This document shows, in pieces, positions 32,342 to 43,093 of a DNA stretch of 64,000 bases. The notes below the pieces were generated by a model. The model saw only the letters and a list, made by a program, of their open reading frames with translations. It did not search any database and had not been told where the DNA came from. Origin of the DNA: Candidatus Bathyarchaeota archaeon (GTDB lineage: Archaea > Thermoproteota > Bathyarchaeia > 40CM-2-53-6); assembly GCA_963833125.1 (NCBI GenBank), contig CAWHWX010000016.1:416001-480000 (forward strand). The letters run 5' to 3'. Numbering within the stretch: the first letter of the stretch is position 1; the number at the start of each line of letters is the position of its first letter. Both the position numbers and the translations under genes were made by a program.

Positions 32342-33063
32342 TCAATTCCATACTGAGCACGTGAGGAGGCGGAGTCTGCGGATTGAACTTGGAGACCTAC
32401 CGTTCGCTACGGCTGATTCGTTAATGACAGTCTGGGCATTCATGATTTTGTCTGTTGGAAGGTAGCTTTGTAGTGGACATATCCAACCATCGGCCAATCG
32501 ACCGGTCAACTCCAACATGCGTTGTCCGGCATTATTCCCTACCCAGACGCGAATTGGATTATCGGGTTGAGGACCTGGATGAGCATCTTTCAGGTTATAG
32601 AATTGCCCATTAAACGTAACCGGTTCGTGGTTTTCGCTTCCCCAGATTAGCCGCATCACTTTGATCGCTTCTTCCAAGGCTCTAACCGTTCTCCTGGAGT
32701 TCGAGATACGCCGCCGTAGGATTGGATCTGTTCTGGGATTGCTCCAGCGCCTATTCCGAGTTCTACTCTACCTTTGGTGAGTATGTCGAGCGTCGCTGCT
32801 GCTTTAGCGAGCATTGCGGGGGGTCGTAGAGGAATATCTGCCACGGTCGGCATGAAACGTATTCTCTTGATAGAAATTGCCAAAGTGGCCAGGAGAGTCC
32901 ACATGTCCATGAATTCTGCGTGATATGGATGGTCTTGAACACCAATTATGTCCAAGCCGAAGCTTTCAGCAGCTCTGGCAATCTCGAATGCCTTCTCCAC
33001 TTCTCCCACGTAAGGATTAACGTTAACGCCAAACATCATTCGAGGGAGAGATTCATTTGACAT
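32342..33063 (-). pseudogene. LLM-class (luciferase-like, F420/FMN) oxidoreductase, frameshifted and C-terminally truncated
   Basis: QDHPY, RPPAMLAKAAATLD.L..GR.ELGIGAG and LADGW; homology ends abruptly at the HEPN gene. Confidence 0.75.
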
Positions 33064-33242
33064 ACCGGTGATTACGAATTTTTCTACGATAAGGCGCTTT
33101 CGATTGATGAGTTACTTCCAGCAATATTCTTCGTTAGCTCATCAGGCAGATTGTACCAATGGGTAAGATACGCTACGCTGTAGCTTACCCTTGCTCGGTA
33201 TCGTTTTCGTTGGTTTCGGTTTTTCGTGTGTATATGCGCATT

Positions 33243-33326
33243 TATTGGTGCGGCCGTTCAAAATCGGACCGTCGTCGCTCGATCAAAAAGTGTGTGCGTG
33301 GGTCTAGTGGTGCCGACACACGAAAA
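33243..33326 (+). repeat. dispersed repeat copy B
   Basis: TATTGGTG...TTCAAAATCGGACCGTCG...AAAGTGTGTGCGTGGGTCTAGTGGTGCCGACACACGAA. Confidence 0.75.
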
Positions 33327-33432
33327 CTACCTGAGCCGTACATTTCTCTGGTTGAAGGGGTTGCTTTAGATCGAACGCATTGCCATCTGGGTCGAGAAAT
33401 TCGCAGAGCCACTCCCCTAGCACAAAATGCAT

Positions 33433-33520
33433 TATGCAAATATTATTCATCGCTAGCCTGAGTATCATAACCCAGAATCCAAAAGCTAGTTCGAAGCTAT
33501 TCGATGATACACTTCATCTG
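33433..33520 (+). pseudogene. N-terminal fragment of a VOC/glyoxalase protein
   Basis: MQILFIASLSIITQNPKASSKLFDDTLHL, after which homology is lost. Confidence 0.4.
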
Positions 33521-33726
33521 TGTTTGTCGCATTTGTTTGGGTTCTATTGGGGATTAAACGGCGGACAAAGCCAGCTTTCTGGCAGAAGTGCACCTGCCTT
33601 TCCGCACCACTGCATACCTGAAGCCTTGTCGGGTGCTTGTTTCTACCGCCCGCACGAGGCTGAATTTCCTATTACATTCTCTAACCTGTAGCGTTGCTAT
33701 TGCCGTTCGCAATTAAGAGGGTGGAG

Positions 33727-33762
33727 CCACCCCTCGAGGGGTGGTGCCAAACGGTGCCAAAC
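33727..33762. promoter_or_regulatory. perfect 18-bp palindrome plus tandem 10-bp repeat
   Basis: CCACCCCTCGAGGGGTGG at 33727..33744; GGTGCCAAAC twice at 33743..33762. Confidence 0.55.
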
Positions 33763-34338
33763 CAAGGTAACGCTCGGCTCAGTTTACGCCTCGATCCCCT
33801 CATACGAACCGGTTTGCAGGCCCGGGCCATGTCGAGGGGAGTTTCCCTCAACGAGTTGGCAAAGTTCGTGCTGGTCGAGTATGTGAAGCAGTCCGCCGAA
33901 GCAAAGGAAGGCACCCCAGCCCTCCTCCGCCACCTAGACACCCTAGTCCGCAAGTTGCAACTCCAAGCCACTGCCCTAACACTACCAGCGATCGAAGCGT
34001 CTGGTCCAGCGTCTGGTCCAACGAAACAACCGATGAAGGCCAGCAAAAATACACAGGAAGGTCGGCTGGATCTTCACGAGACTGTGGACGCGATTCTGAA
34101 GACGGTTGTCAAGCTCTGCGAGAGTGAGGAGGCAGCTAGGAATTCAAAGGCACGTATGGAAGCAATGCGGTTGGCTAACACCACCGTCCGGACCGACATG
34201 GCACTTCTGCAGGGATACGACCGTCGCGACATCCAAGTTCTGCTAGACGAGGTTCGTGAGACGAATGAGCAATTCAGAGCGCAGATTGCAACAAGCCAGA
34301 GAGGAACAAAGGAAACTCCGAAACAAGCGGGAAGCTGA
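33754..34338 (+). CDS. RHH-like DNA-binding protein, candidate terminase small subunit
   Basis: LSLRLDP.....L...A...GVSLNEL RHH pattern; helical C-terminus; overlaps terL. Start taken at GTG 33754 within ORF 33694..34338. Confidence 0.55.
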   Translation: MPNQGNARLSLRLDPLIRTGLQARAMSRGVSLNELAKFVLVEYVKQSAEAKEGTPALLRHLDTLVRKLQLQATALTLPAIEASGPASGPTKQPMKASKNTQEGRLDLHETVDAILKTVVKLCESEEAARNSKARMEAMRLANTTVRTDMALLQGYDRRDIQVLLDEVRETNEQFRAQIATSQRGTKETPKQAGS

Positions 34339-35729
34339 AGAGGCAAGCCTCGGCGCCTTCCAACGGCTCAAGGAATTCGCCGAGAAAGGCCCCATAGCCT
34401 TCTGCAAAGAAGCGTTAGGCTTCGAACCGACCAACTACCAAGCCAAGTTCCTCAATGATCCCGCCCAATTCATTGCGCAGCTATGGTGTCGCCAAAGTGG
34501 AAAAGACCACTCGGCGTCTAGCAAACTTTTCTGGTACGCAGTCAAGAACGACGGCGTTCAACTAGCGGTTGTGGGCCCAAGCTTTCGCCAGAGCAAACTG
34601 GTAATCCGGAAAATCAACGCATTCATTCAGAAACTACCTAAGAGTGTCCCCTATCGCGAAGTCCTAGTCGGCCGGAAACCACTCAAAACGAAGGTGTCGC
34701 TGTGTAACGGCTCAAACATTGAAGCTTATCCCTGCAACCCCGACACGATACGAGGCCCGACACTGCACGGCATTCTTGCGACCGAGTTCAACTTCGTACG
34801 GGATGACAAGGAGCTCTATGATGCAGTTCTCTTCACGCTGAGCACGACGAACGGGTTCTTCATAGCCAACTCGACACCCTGGTCCCGCGATCACGTTTTC
34901 TATAAGATTTGTAAGGATAAGGAGTTTGAAGATTTCAGCCGCGATCACGTGACGTGGGAACAGGCACTTGAACCGAACGGCCCCCTGAGAAAGGGCATCT
35001 TGGAGAAGATACGGAAGCAGATGGCGAACGATCCTTGGCGTTGGCGGCGTGAGATGGAGGCGGAGTGGGGCGAGGACGACGATTGCTGGCTCCCCACCTC
35101 CCTAATCACGGATTGCACCGACGCGGAGCTTGAAATCAGAGAGTTCGGCGGAGAGTTGCGAAGCTTCTGGGCGACGGAACTTGGCAGTGAACTCCCGCGC
35201 TGACTACTGGGCCGGCCTCGACCTGGGCAAGAAACAGGACTATAGCGTCTTGGCCCTCGTCCGAAAAGACGGGGACATCTTCCGCCTGGTGGGCCTGAAG
35301 GTTTTCCCGCTAGAGACGGAGTACACTGGTGAGGCAGGCGTTATCGGATTCATTCGCGTAGTGACCAGTAAGCTGCATACAGTTCATAGAATCCTAATCG
35401 ACCAAACGGGCGTCGGAGAGAGCGTCCTAGAAGAAGCGAGAAAATCGCTCCCTAACGCAGAAGGCATAATCCTCTCCGCACCGGTCAAACAGGACGTGAT
35501 GAACTACCTCAAGATAATGATGCAGCAGAAACGATTCCTGATCCCCTACCAACTCGAGTTAGCCAACGAGTTGAACCTCGAACGATTCCAGCTCACCAAG
35601 GCTGGCCAAATTCAATTCAGCCACCCAGACGGAACGCATGACGACCGCGTCTGGGGCATCGCATTGGCCATGTTCGCGACGAAGACGCGGCCGGTCCCCG
35701 GGTTCAAGCCGATTACCCGAGTGTTCTAA
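34256..35729 (+). CDS. terL: terminase large subunit (frameshift near 35190)
   Basis: YQ adenine motif, CRQSGK Walker A, IRG, STP, REMEAEW; RNase H-like GLDLG..QD, IDQTGVG and HDD. Confidence 0.9.
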
Positions 35730-35919
35730 CCGATTGAGAGTAACGAAAGGAAATTCATCCAATACTAAAACTACGAACGACCACACATGGCACTAAACTA
35801 TAAACCGCCAGCAGAAGTCTACTTCAGAGATGTGCCAAATCCGATGTGATAACACAGCTCGCAATCCTCTTTGGAAAGTCTTAAATTAAGATCGAGTCGT
35901 TACCCGGCAGCTGATTCGA

Positions 35920-38043
35920 TTGACCACTTCGTCTCCTCGTTCTATTAGTAAGGCTGTGTTGGGAGTTGTCGTTATCGTTATCATCGTGGTTGCAGGCGTA
36001 GCCGCCTACTACCTAACCGCTAACAGGACTCCATCTTCAACGATGACTACGAGTTCAGGAGCCTCGGGAACTTCAGGTGTTCAATCAATCACATACGAAA
36101 CCTTGTCCTCCATCCAATATCTGGATCCTCAGGTTTCATACGATATCTACGGTGCGTCCGTTGAGCAGAATGTCTATGAACCGCTCCTCTGGTTTAACGG
36201 CACTAACGGCCAGCAAGTTGTTCCGTGGCTTGCCCAGAGTTACACCATCTCGCCAGATGGTAAGACTCTTACAGCTACATTGCGGAACGGCATTAGTTTC
36301 GCTGATGGCGAGCAACTGAATTCGACAGCCGTTTACTTCAGCTACAACCGGCTTCTCGTTATGGATGGAAGCGCCCCAGTGGGACACGGTACTCAAGCGT
36401 CTTGGATTCTGCAGCAACTCCTTGATCCAACGCTCAGCACAACACTGTGCGCATGCAGTCAGACCTACGGGAACCAGTACGTACAGAAAGTGTTGGCCGA
36501 GAATTTCGTTCAGATAACCGGCTCCCAGACACTTACGCTTAATATTATGACCCCGAACGGTGCGTTACCATATCTCCTTGCAAACCTTTGGTCGAACATA
36601 GTTGCTCCGGATTATGTCATGCAACATGACATCGCGCTCTGGAGTCAGTCAAGCAATGGATACTCGTTACCCTACCCCACGCTAAGCGGAAACGTCACGG
36701 ATCAGATGAACCAATACTTCATGGATTACCAGGCAACCTGTAACGCCGGCGCGACGCTGAAAGGATGCGCAGCAACATATCTTGATTCATCAGCGAACGG
36801 CTCGATGGCAGGCACAGGCCCCTATACAATTCAGAGCGTGGACACGTCAGCGAACGTAATCACCATGATCGGCAACCCCAACTATTGGGGCGGGCCAAAC
36901 TCGAATATCCACGCACACATCCAAACGGTGACGTACAAGTACGTGCCCGACCAGACAACGAGAGAAATTGACCTCCGCAACGCCGCCGCAGCAGGCCAAG
37001 CGATGGTCATAGACGTGACACCTACGAACATTTACGATGTGGCAGACAGAACGAGTTGGCTACAGCAGAACAAACTCGTATCAACCATAAACGGAGTTAC
37101 AATCTACGGTCCCTATAGTCAATACGCCACCCTCTTCATCCCTCTAGACACGAACGTCACGAACCCATTTACTGGATTGTATTACAAGTTTCAACCCTTC
37201 GCCGACCTGAGGATGAGGTTGGCGATTGCAGACTCAGTCAACTTAACGCAGATCAACCAGCAAGTAAACAACAATTTGGGACTAGTGGCCAACAATCTTG
37301 AACCACCAGGAATTCCACCAACCGGTACGAATGCTTCAATGCTGCAGACCAGATACAGCTACAACCCTGACGAAGTCCAGGCGCTCTTACTAGACGCAAT
37401 GATGCACCCCTTGACGCAGTTCACATTCACCAATGGAACCAGGGCTCCCTCGGGGATTTTCGACAATACCTTTGGATGTTCGACTCTGAACGCAAACGGT
37501 CGATGTGACAATCCGGTTCCGCAAAACATTCCACTGACCTATGCTACGGGCGATACGGTGGACGAGGCGATTCTCAACCAAATCGCGGGAACTGTAAACA
37601 ACGTGAGCCTAACCTACAACATGGGGCTATCGGTGCAAGTCACACCGCTGCCATGCGGTCAGATGACGAGCGAAGCCTTTTCCGGGCAAGTCTACGCGTG
37701 GGCTGAAGCATGTTACGGTTGGTATGACGATTATCCATGGGCTTTGGATTTCCTCGGACCAATACTGTCCCCCGGAGGAATTTACACGGCTCCCGGAGGA
37801 TGGAATTCAAAGCAGATGGGAGCATACTGGAGTGAGACGCAACAGGCAAACTCCCAGGGGAATATGGCCGGTCTCGTTCAAGGAATTAACTCGATGACAG
37901 CTCTGGGTAACCAACAGGTCTCCGACATCTGGACATTCTATCCATCAATCTACATGGTCATGACATCAAACGTTCAAGGCTTCTACTTCAACCCAGCCAT
38001 CTACACGACCGGGGAACCGCAATACTTCGCCGCGCTCTACTAG
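35920..38043 (+). CDS. oppA: oligopeptide/dipeptide ABC substrate-binding protein
   Basis: LDP...YD, NVYEPL, PWLA.SY..S.DG, GTGPY and NPNYWG. Confidence 0.9.
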   Translation: MTTSSPRSISKAVLGVVVIVIIVVAGVAAYYLTANRTPSSTMTTSSGASGTSGVQSITYETLSSIQYLDPQVSYDIYGASVEQNVYEPLLWFNGTNGQQVVPWLAQSYTISPDGKTLTATLRNGISFADGEQLNSTAVYFSYNRLLVMDGSAPVGHGTQASWILQQLLDPTLSTTLCACSQTYGNQYVQKVLAENFVQITGSQTLTLNIMTPNGALPYLLANLWSNIVAPDYVMQHDIALWSQSSNGYSLPYPTLSGNVTDQMNQYFMDYQATCNAGATLKGCAATYLDSSANGSMAGTGPYTIQSVDTSANVITMIGNPNYWGGPNSNIHAHIQTVTYKYVPDQTTREIDLRNAAAAGQAMVIDVTPTNIYDVADRTSWLQQNKLVSTINGVTIYGPYSQYATLFIPLDTNVTNPFTGLYYKFQPFADLRMRLAIADSVNLTQINQQVNNNLGLVANNLEPPGIPPTGTNASMLQTRYSYNPDEVQALLLDAMMHPLTQFTFTNGTRAPSGIFDNTFGCSTLNANGRCDNPVPQNIPLTYATGDTVDEAILNQIAGTVNNVSLTYNMGLSVQVTPLPCGQMTSEAFSGQVYAWAEACYGWYDDYPWALDFLGPILSPGGIYTAPGGWNSKQMGAYWSETQQANSQGNMAGLVQGINSMTALGNQQVSDIWTFYPSIYMVMTSNVQGFYFNPAIYTTGEPQYFAALY

Positions 38044-38193
38044 GAAAATCAGTAATCGACTGAACGGATGGCTACGTCACCGAAGACCTATACTTTACCG
38101 CTCAATCCAGGATACATCGACCGAAAATCACTGCCTCTCGGTCTTAGACGAACCGATTGTTTGCTCCCGAAAAATGATTCGGAATAGTAACGG

Positions 38194-39312
38194 TTGAAAC
38201 TTTACGAGTACATCATCAGGCGCCTCGCCCTGATGGTGTTCGTGTTATTTGCTCTCAGTCTTTTGATATTCTATCTGACACGTGGCCTCTTACCGCCGAC
38301 CACGGCCCTTGCACCCTACATCAATCCTAGGATAGGGCCTGGAGGCAAGTTATCCCTCGCTCGCGCTTTAGGTGTCGCAACAGCCTCCTGCCCCTCCTAC
38401 GAAGCTTTCGCGTCGGAGGCTAGCGGATGCATTGTACCACTTTGGGGACAATATTACGGTTGGCTGACCAATGTTCTGACAGGTAACTGGGGTTTCACAT
38501 TACTTCCTGGGATAACCGGCACCGCAACTACTTGGCATGTATTCTTTTCCCGGTTCGCTTACACCGCCGAGTTGGCAATTGCGGCAGCGATACTTACCAT
38601 CGTCATAGGGATTCCACTCGGCATTGTTTCAGCGACCCACAACAACCAACTGCCGGACCATGCTTCGAGGATAGTCTCACTCGGTGGATATTCAGTTCCA
38701 CAGTTTTGGTTTGGTGCGATGCTTCAGATCCTGTTCGTATTGTATGTACGGGTGAACGGTAATGGGCTTCTCTCTGCAACCGGAGCTCTAGCTACAGCGT
38801 GTGGCATCTGCTTCGCAAACCCAGGCCGAATAACTGCATATTCTGGCCTTCCAATGCTAGACGCACTGTTATCGTTTAACGTGCCTTTCTTTTGGGATTC
38901 GATGGTCGCCCTCACCCTCCCTGCCCTTACCCTCGCCATTACCTCAATTGGTGCACTGACCAGAATCGTTCGGTCAAGCATGGTCGAAGTTCTGAAACAA
39001 GATTACATTCTCCTAGCTAGATCCAAGGGCCTCACAGAAAGCGTCGTTGTCTACAGACACGCGCTTCGCAACGCAATCCTTCCCGCTGTCACAGTTTCAG
39101 GCCTACTCGTAGCATACCTCTTGGGTGGTGCGGTTATTGTCGAGATTGTGTTCTCTTGGCCTGGAGTCGGCAACGCTTCACTTGCCGCTGCCGACGTGCT
39201 CGACATCAACTTCCTGGAGCTATACGTGCTCGTAACAGCAGTTATCATAGTCGTAACTAATCTCATCGTGGACGTTCTCTACTCGATAATCGACCCGAGG
39301 ATCAGATACTGA
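38194..39312 (+). CDS. oppB: peptide ABC permease
   Basis: YIIRR, RSSMVEVL.QDY...ARSKG and DPRIRY. Confidence 0.92.
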   Translation: MKLYEYIIRRLALMVFVLFALSLLIFYLTRGLLPPTTALAPYINPRIGPGGKLSLARALGVATASCPSYEAFASEASGCIVPLWGQYYGWLTNVLTGNWGFTLLPGITGTATTWHVFFSRFAYTAELAIAAAILTIVIGIPLGIVSATHNNQLPDHASRIVSLGGYSVPQFWFGAMLQILFVLYVRVNGNGLLSATGALATACGICFANPGRITAYSGLPMLDALLSFNVPFFWDSMVALTLPALTLAITSIGALTRIVRSSMVEVLKQDYILLARSKGLTESVVVYRHALRNAILPAVTVSGLLVAYLLGGAVIVEIVFSWPGVGNASLAAADVLDINFLELYVLVTAVIIVVTNLIVDVLYSIIDPRIRY

Positions 39313-39324
39313 GACGGTTTCCAG

Positions 39325-40254
39325 ATGGAAACAAAACAACGTCCGGAAGAACAGATCCAGTTTGGTCGCGCAGACATCAAGTATTCACTTTACCTTCTTA
39401 GAAAGAATCCGATCGTGCTCGCTGGATTTTTCATTTCCGTGACCTCCATTCTCCTAGCGCTTCTTTCACCGCTTCTCGTCAATCCGTCTTCTTGGCTTCA
39501 AGAGAACCTCAATCTACGCCTATGCTGGAACAATCAGATATTCAACTGGCAGATCGGTAATGTGTTCGACTGCTCAGGGTCGGTCTTCCCGCTCGGAACA
39601 GACCAGTATGGCAGAAGCCTCTCGAAGATGATCATTCTTGCGATCCCTATCGATCTGCAGATTGCACTAGAGGTCGTCCTGTCAGCAGTCGTGATCGGCG
39701 TAATATTCGGTAGTGTAGCGGCATACATTGGCGGTGCAATTGATGAAGTGATTCTGAGAATAACAGACGTATTTCTCGCCGTGCCCGGCATCCTCCTAGC
39801 GATCGTGATGATCGTGGTAATTGGGAGATCGCTACCGGTGCTCACCTTCGCGGTGCTCATCACTTGGTGGCCATTCTATGTGAGGCTGGTGAGGTCTCAG
39901 GTCTTGAGCGAGAAAGAGAGGCCGTACGTGGAACGACTCCGTGCGATGGGAGCGGGTGCACCAAGAATCCTCTTCAGACACATTGTGCCGAATTCAATCT
40001 ACCCAGTGCTAGTACAAGCTACGCTCGACATTGGTTCCGTCATATTGACAGTTTCAGCGTTGACATTCATCGGTCTTACCCCAAGCCCCCTCCTTCCAGA
40101 GCTTGGCAACTTGGCCAACCAAGGAATCCAGTATCTCTTCACCGCCCCTTGGCTCATACTCTTCCCCGGCCTAACTATCTTGATAATTTCACTCGGCTTC
40201 AACCTGCTCGGCGACGGAATACGGGACATCTTCGACCCCAGATTGAGAAGATGA
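39325..40254 (+). CDS. oppC: peptide ABC permease
   Basis: LGTDQYGR, RHIVPN and NLLGDGIRD..DPR. Confidence 0.92.
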   Translation: METKQRPEEQIQFGRADIKYSLYLLRKNPIVLAGFFISVTSILLALLSPLLVNPSSWLQENLNLRLCWNNQIFNWQIGNVFDCSGSVFPLGTDQYGRSLSKMIILAIPIDLQIALEVVLSAVVIGVIFGSVAAYIGGAIDEVILRITDVFLAVPGILLAIVMIVVIGRSLPVLTFAVLITWWPFYVRLVRSQVLSEKERPYVERLRAMGAGAPRILFRHIVPNSIYPVLVQATLDIGSVILTVSALTFIGLTPSPLLPELGNLANQGIQYLFTAPWLILFPGLTILIISLGFNLLGDGIRDIFDPRLRR

Positions 40255-41391
40255 TCAAAGAAAAATCCGAGAGTGGCACCGGGCAGGATATTCTCACCGT
40301 AAGAGACCTGAAAGTTACCTTTCACACCTACGCAGGAGATGTGAAGGCACTCGATGGAGTCGAACTATCCCTCAGAAGAAAGGAACTTCTCGGATTGGTC
40401 GGCGAAAGTGGCTGCGGCAAGTCTGTGACTAGCCTATCCATTGTAGGGTTACTTCCTCCGAAACGCGGAAATAGTCAGCGGAGAGGTCCTGCTCGATGGA
40501 ATAAACCTACTCCAAATGAAGAAGGAAGATCTGCGGCTGATGAGGCTGAAGGATATCGCAATGGTCTTTCAAGACCCCATGACGTACCTCAACCCGGTGC
40601 TCACTATTGGGTCACAAATAACAGAGATTATCGCCTGCAAACCTGAGCTATTCGTGCAAGAACTCATCAGAGACCGGCTTCAAGAACTCGAAAAATTAGA
40701 TTCTGCGAGCGGGCTTGCAGAAGAATTGAAGAATGAGAGGGATAGGCTGCGAGCCGCGTCAGCGACCGACCGGCTAGGGAATGATGAAATCAAAAAACTT
40801 ACTCGCCTCTATGCCATCTCAATTCTGAAGTCAGTTAGGCTCGCAGAACCTGAGAAGGCCTTCCAGTTGTACCCATTCGAGTTATCGGGTGGGATGAGGC
40901 AGAGGGCTATGATTGCCATGGCCCTCGTACGGCGACCGAAAGTTCTTCTCGCCGACGAGATTACGACCGCACTAGACGTCACTGTCCAAGCCCAAACATT
41001 GCAGCTTCTAACGCAACTGAAACAGACGATAGACACTTCAGTTCTACTCATAACTCATGACCTCGCCGTAGTCGCAGAGGTCTGCGACAGAGTTGCCGTG
41101 ATGTACGCCGGTAACGTCGTCGAAGTGGCGGACGTAGAAGAACTGTTCAGAAACCCCCTACACCCCTACACACAAGGCCTTCTGGCCTCGGTGCCGCGAG
41201 CGGATATCACCGCCGTTGAACAGAAATCAATCCAGGGCTCCGTGCCAAATCTCCTCTCTCCACCAAGCGGATGCAGATTCCATCCAAGATGCCCGAAGGC
41301 GTTCGACAAATGTCCCCTCAAGAAGCCGACTTTGCTAGAAGTAAGCCCCGGACACTACGTCTCATGTTTTCTGTATGGAGGTGAGAGCTAG
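40251..41391 (+). CDS. oppD: peptide ABC ATPase (frameshift near 40460)
   Basis: GESGCGKS, LSGGMRQR, ADE.TTALD and GCRFHPRC; carries a ~50-aa helical insert. Confidence 0.92.
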
Positions 41392-42402
41392 TTGGATGAA
41401 TACTTCCTACAGACTGATGGTCTGTTCAAATGGTTTCCGATTAGAAGTGGCATGCTTAGTCGTACGAAGAATTTTGTGAAGGCAGTCGACGGCGTCTCGT
41501 TAGCCGTGAAGCGAGGAGAGACGTTCGGGCTCGTCGGAGAATCGGGGTGTGGTAAGACGACCTTAGGTAGAACGATTATGCGATTGACTGAACCTTCTAA
41601 AGGATCGATAACCTTCGACGGAGAAAACATATCACGTTTACGGGGAAAGGATCTCAGATTGGTTCGGCATAAGATGCAGATGGTCTTCCAGGATCCATAC
41701 GCCTCTCTTGACCCTAGACAAAGCGTCCGCTCAGCTCTGACCGAGCCCATGAAGATTCATCGAACGGTATCCTCCAAACGAGACGCGAACAAACGTGCTG
41801 AAGAGCTCATAGAGCTGGTGGGCCTCAACCCGGACCACTTGGCTAGGTTTCCCCATGAGTTTTCGGGTGGACAAAGGCAGAGGATTGCGATAGCCGTTAC
41901 GCTTGCAGTGAATCCATCATTCATAGTCTTAGACGAACCCACCTCATCCCTTGACGTTTCAGTTCAAGCCCAAATTCTCAAGCTGTTGAAGCAAATACAG
42001 AACGACATGGGGCTAACCTACGTCTTCATCTCACACAACTTAGCCGTAATCAGGCAGATGTGTGCGAGAACAGGCGTCATGTACCTCGGAAGAATCGTCG
42101 AACTGGCTGACACTTCGAGGCTTTTCGAAAATCCCAAGCATCCCTACACGAAGGCGCTGCTCTCATCCGTCCCACTCCCAGACCCGACGAAGAGGAAGCA
42201 ACTTGCACCACTCGAAGGCGATGTGCCAAGCCCCGTAAACATACCAAATGGCTGCAGGTTCAGAACCCGCTGTTCCTATACGACCGATAGATGCGCGAAC
42301 ATTCCACCGCCTCTCGTGGAGGTGGAGAAAAATCACTGGACCGAATGCCACTACGATATCGATTTCCAAACCAAAACTCAAAGAGAAATTGGCGGTGATT
42401 AA
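41392..42402 (+). CDS. oppF: peptide ABC ATPase
   Basis: GESGCGKT, FSGGQRQR, DEPTSSLD and GCRF..RC. Confidence 0.93.
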   Translation: MDEYFLQTDGLFKWFPIRSGMLSRTKNFVKAVDGVSLAVKRGETFGLVGESGCGKTTLGRTIMRLTEPSKGSITFDGENISRLRGKDLRLVRHKMQMVFQDPYASLDPRQSVRSALTEPMKIHRTVSSKRDANKRAEELIELVGLNPDHLARFPHEFSGGQRQRIAIAVTLAVNPSFIVLDEPTSSLDVSVQAQILKLLKQIQNDMGLTYVFISHNLAVIRQMCARTGVMYLGRIVELADTSRLFENPKHPYTKALLSSVPLPDPTKRKQLAPLEGDVPSPVNIPNGCRFRTRCSYTTDRCANIPPPLVEVEKNHWTECHYDIDFQTKTQREIGGD

Positions 42403-42417
42403 CTGCCAGGTCCGATC

Positions 42418-43077
42418 CTATTCGCCAATCTCGGCGAAAGCCCGCACTGGAAACGAGGCACCGTTTACAATTCGCGGTGGGACGGCGTAGAATCTGAAGC
42501 CCGTTCTCGGAAGCGCAGAAAGGTTTGCCAAATGTTCCACGATTACGATATTTGCTTCCAAAAGACGAGTGTGAACCGGCCGAGCCTTATTTTCGGTGTC
42601 GTCAATGTTCCAAAAGTCAACTCCGGCAAGTTTAGCCTTTGAACGAATCAAGAGATCGATGGATTCATCGCTCAGGAACGGACCAAGCTCCCAGTACCTC
42701 TCTGTTCCCCACCTCTCATCCCATCCCGTCCGTAGAAGAACCGCTCTATCGCGCAATTCCGATTCTTCACAATCGATCTTAATGGAACGGTTGGCAGATG
42801 GTTGTCCGTCAATTACAATGCCGGCTACGCCTGCAATGCTTTCAAGAGGAATTCGGCTCAGGTCGAGACCCTTGGCGTGTCGATGAAACGGAGAGTCAAC
42901 GTAAGTCCCAACGTTACCCACCATATCGACTCTCCCAATATAGAATTCAGCCTTCCCGTCATACCGGGACCGTGAATCCTCCCGTGTGATGAACGCCTGA
43001 ATCTTGGGACCAGGAAAACCAGGGTACGCCTTCATGCCATCCTCAATGGGGTGACTAAGATCAATGAACCTCACCAA
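42418..43077 (-). CDS. cyclase family protein (kynurenine formamidase-like)
   Basis: DLSH, GTYVDSPFH, VH..LL...I.IVEHL and FPVRAFA. Confidence 0.88.
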   Translation of the reverse strand: MVRFIDLSHPIEDGMKAYPGFPGPKIQAFITREDSRSRYDGKAEFYIGRVDMVGNVGTYVDSPFHRHAKGLDLSRIPLESIAGVAGIVIDGQPSANRSIKIDCEESELRDRAVLLRTGWDERWGTERYWELGPFLSDESIDLLIRSKAKLAGVDFWNIDDTENKARPVHTRLLEANIVIVEHLANLSALPRTGFRFYAVPPRIVNGASFPVRAFAEIGE

Positions 43078-43093
43078 GTGAAACGACCTGATC

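Noticed and set aside
34770-34795. Inactivated terminase Walker B (ILATE instead of hhhDE)
   Set aside because: ATTCTTGCGACCGAG contains TGC GAC (Cys-Asp) in a shifted frame. A compensating indel pair would restore CDE, so inactivity cannot be claimed in this error-prone sequence.
30500-35800. Intact provirus
   Set aside because: No capsid, portal, tail, replication or integrase genes are recognisable.
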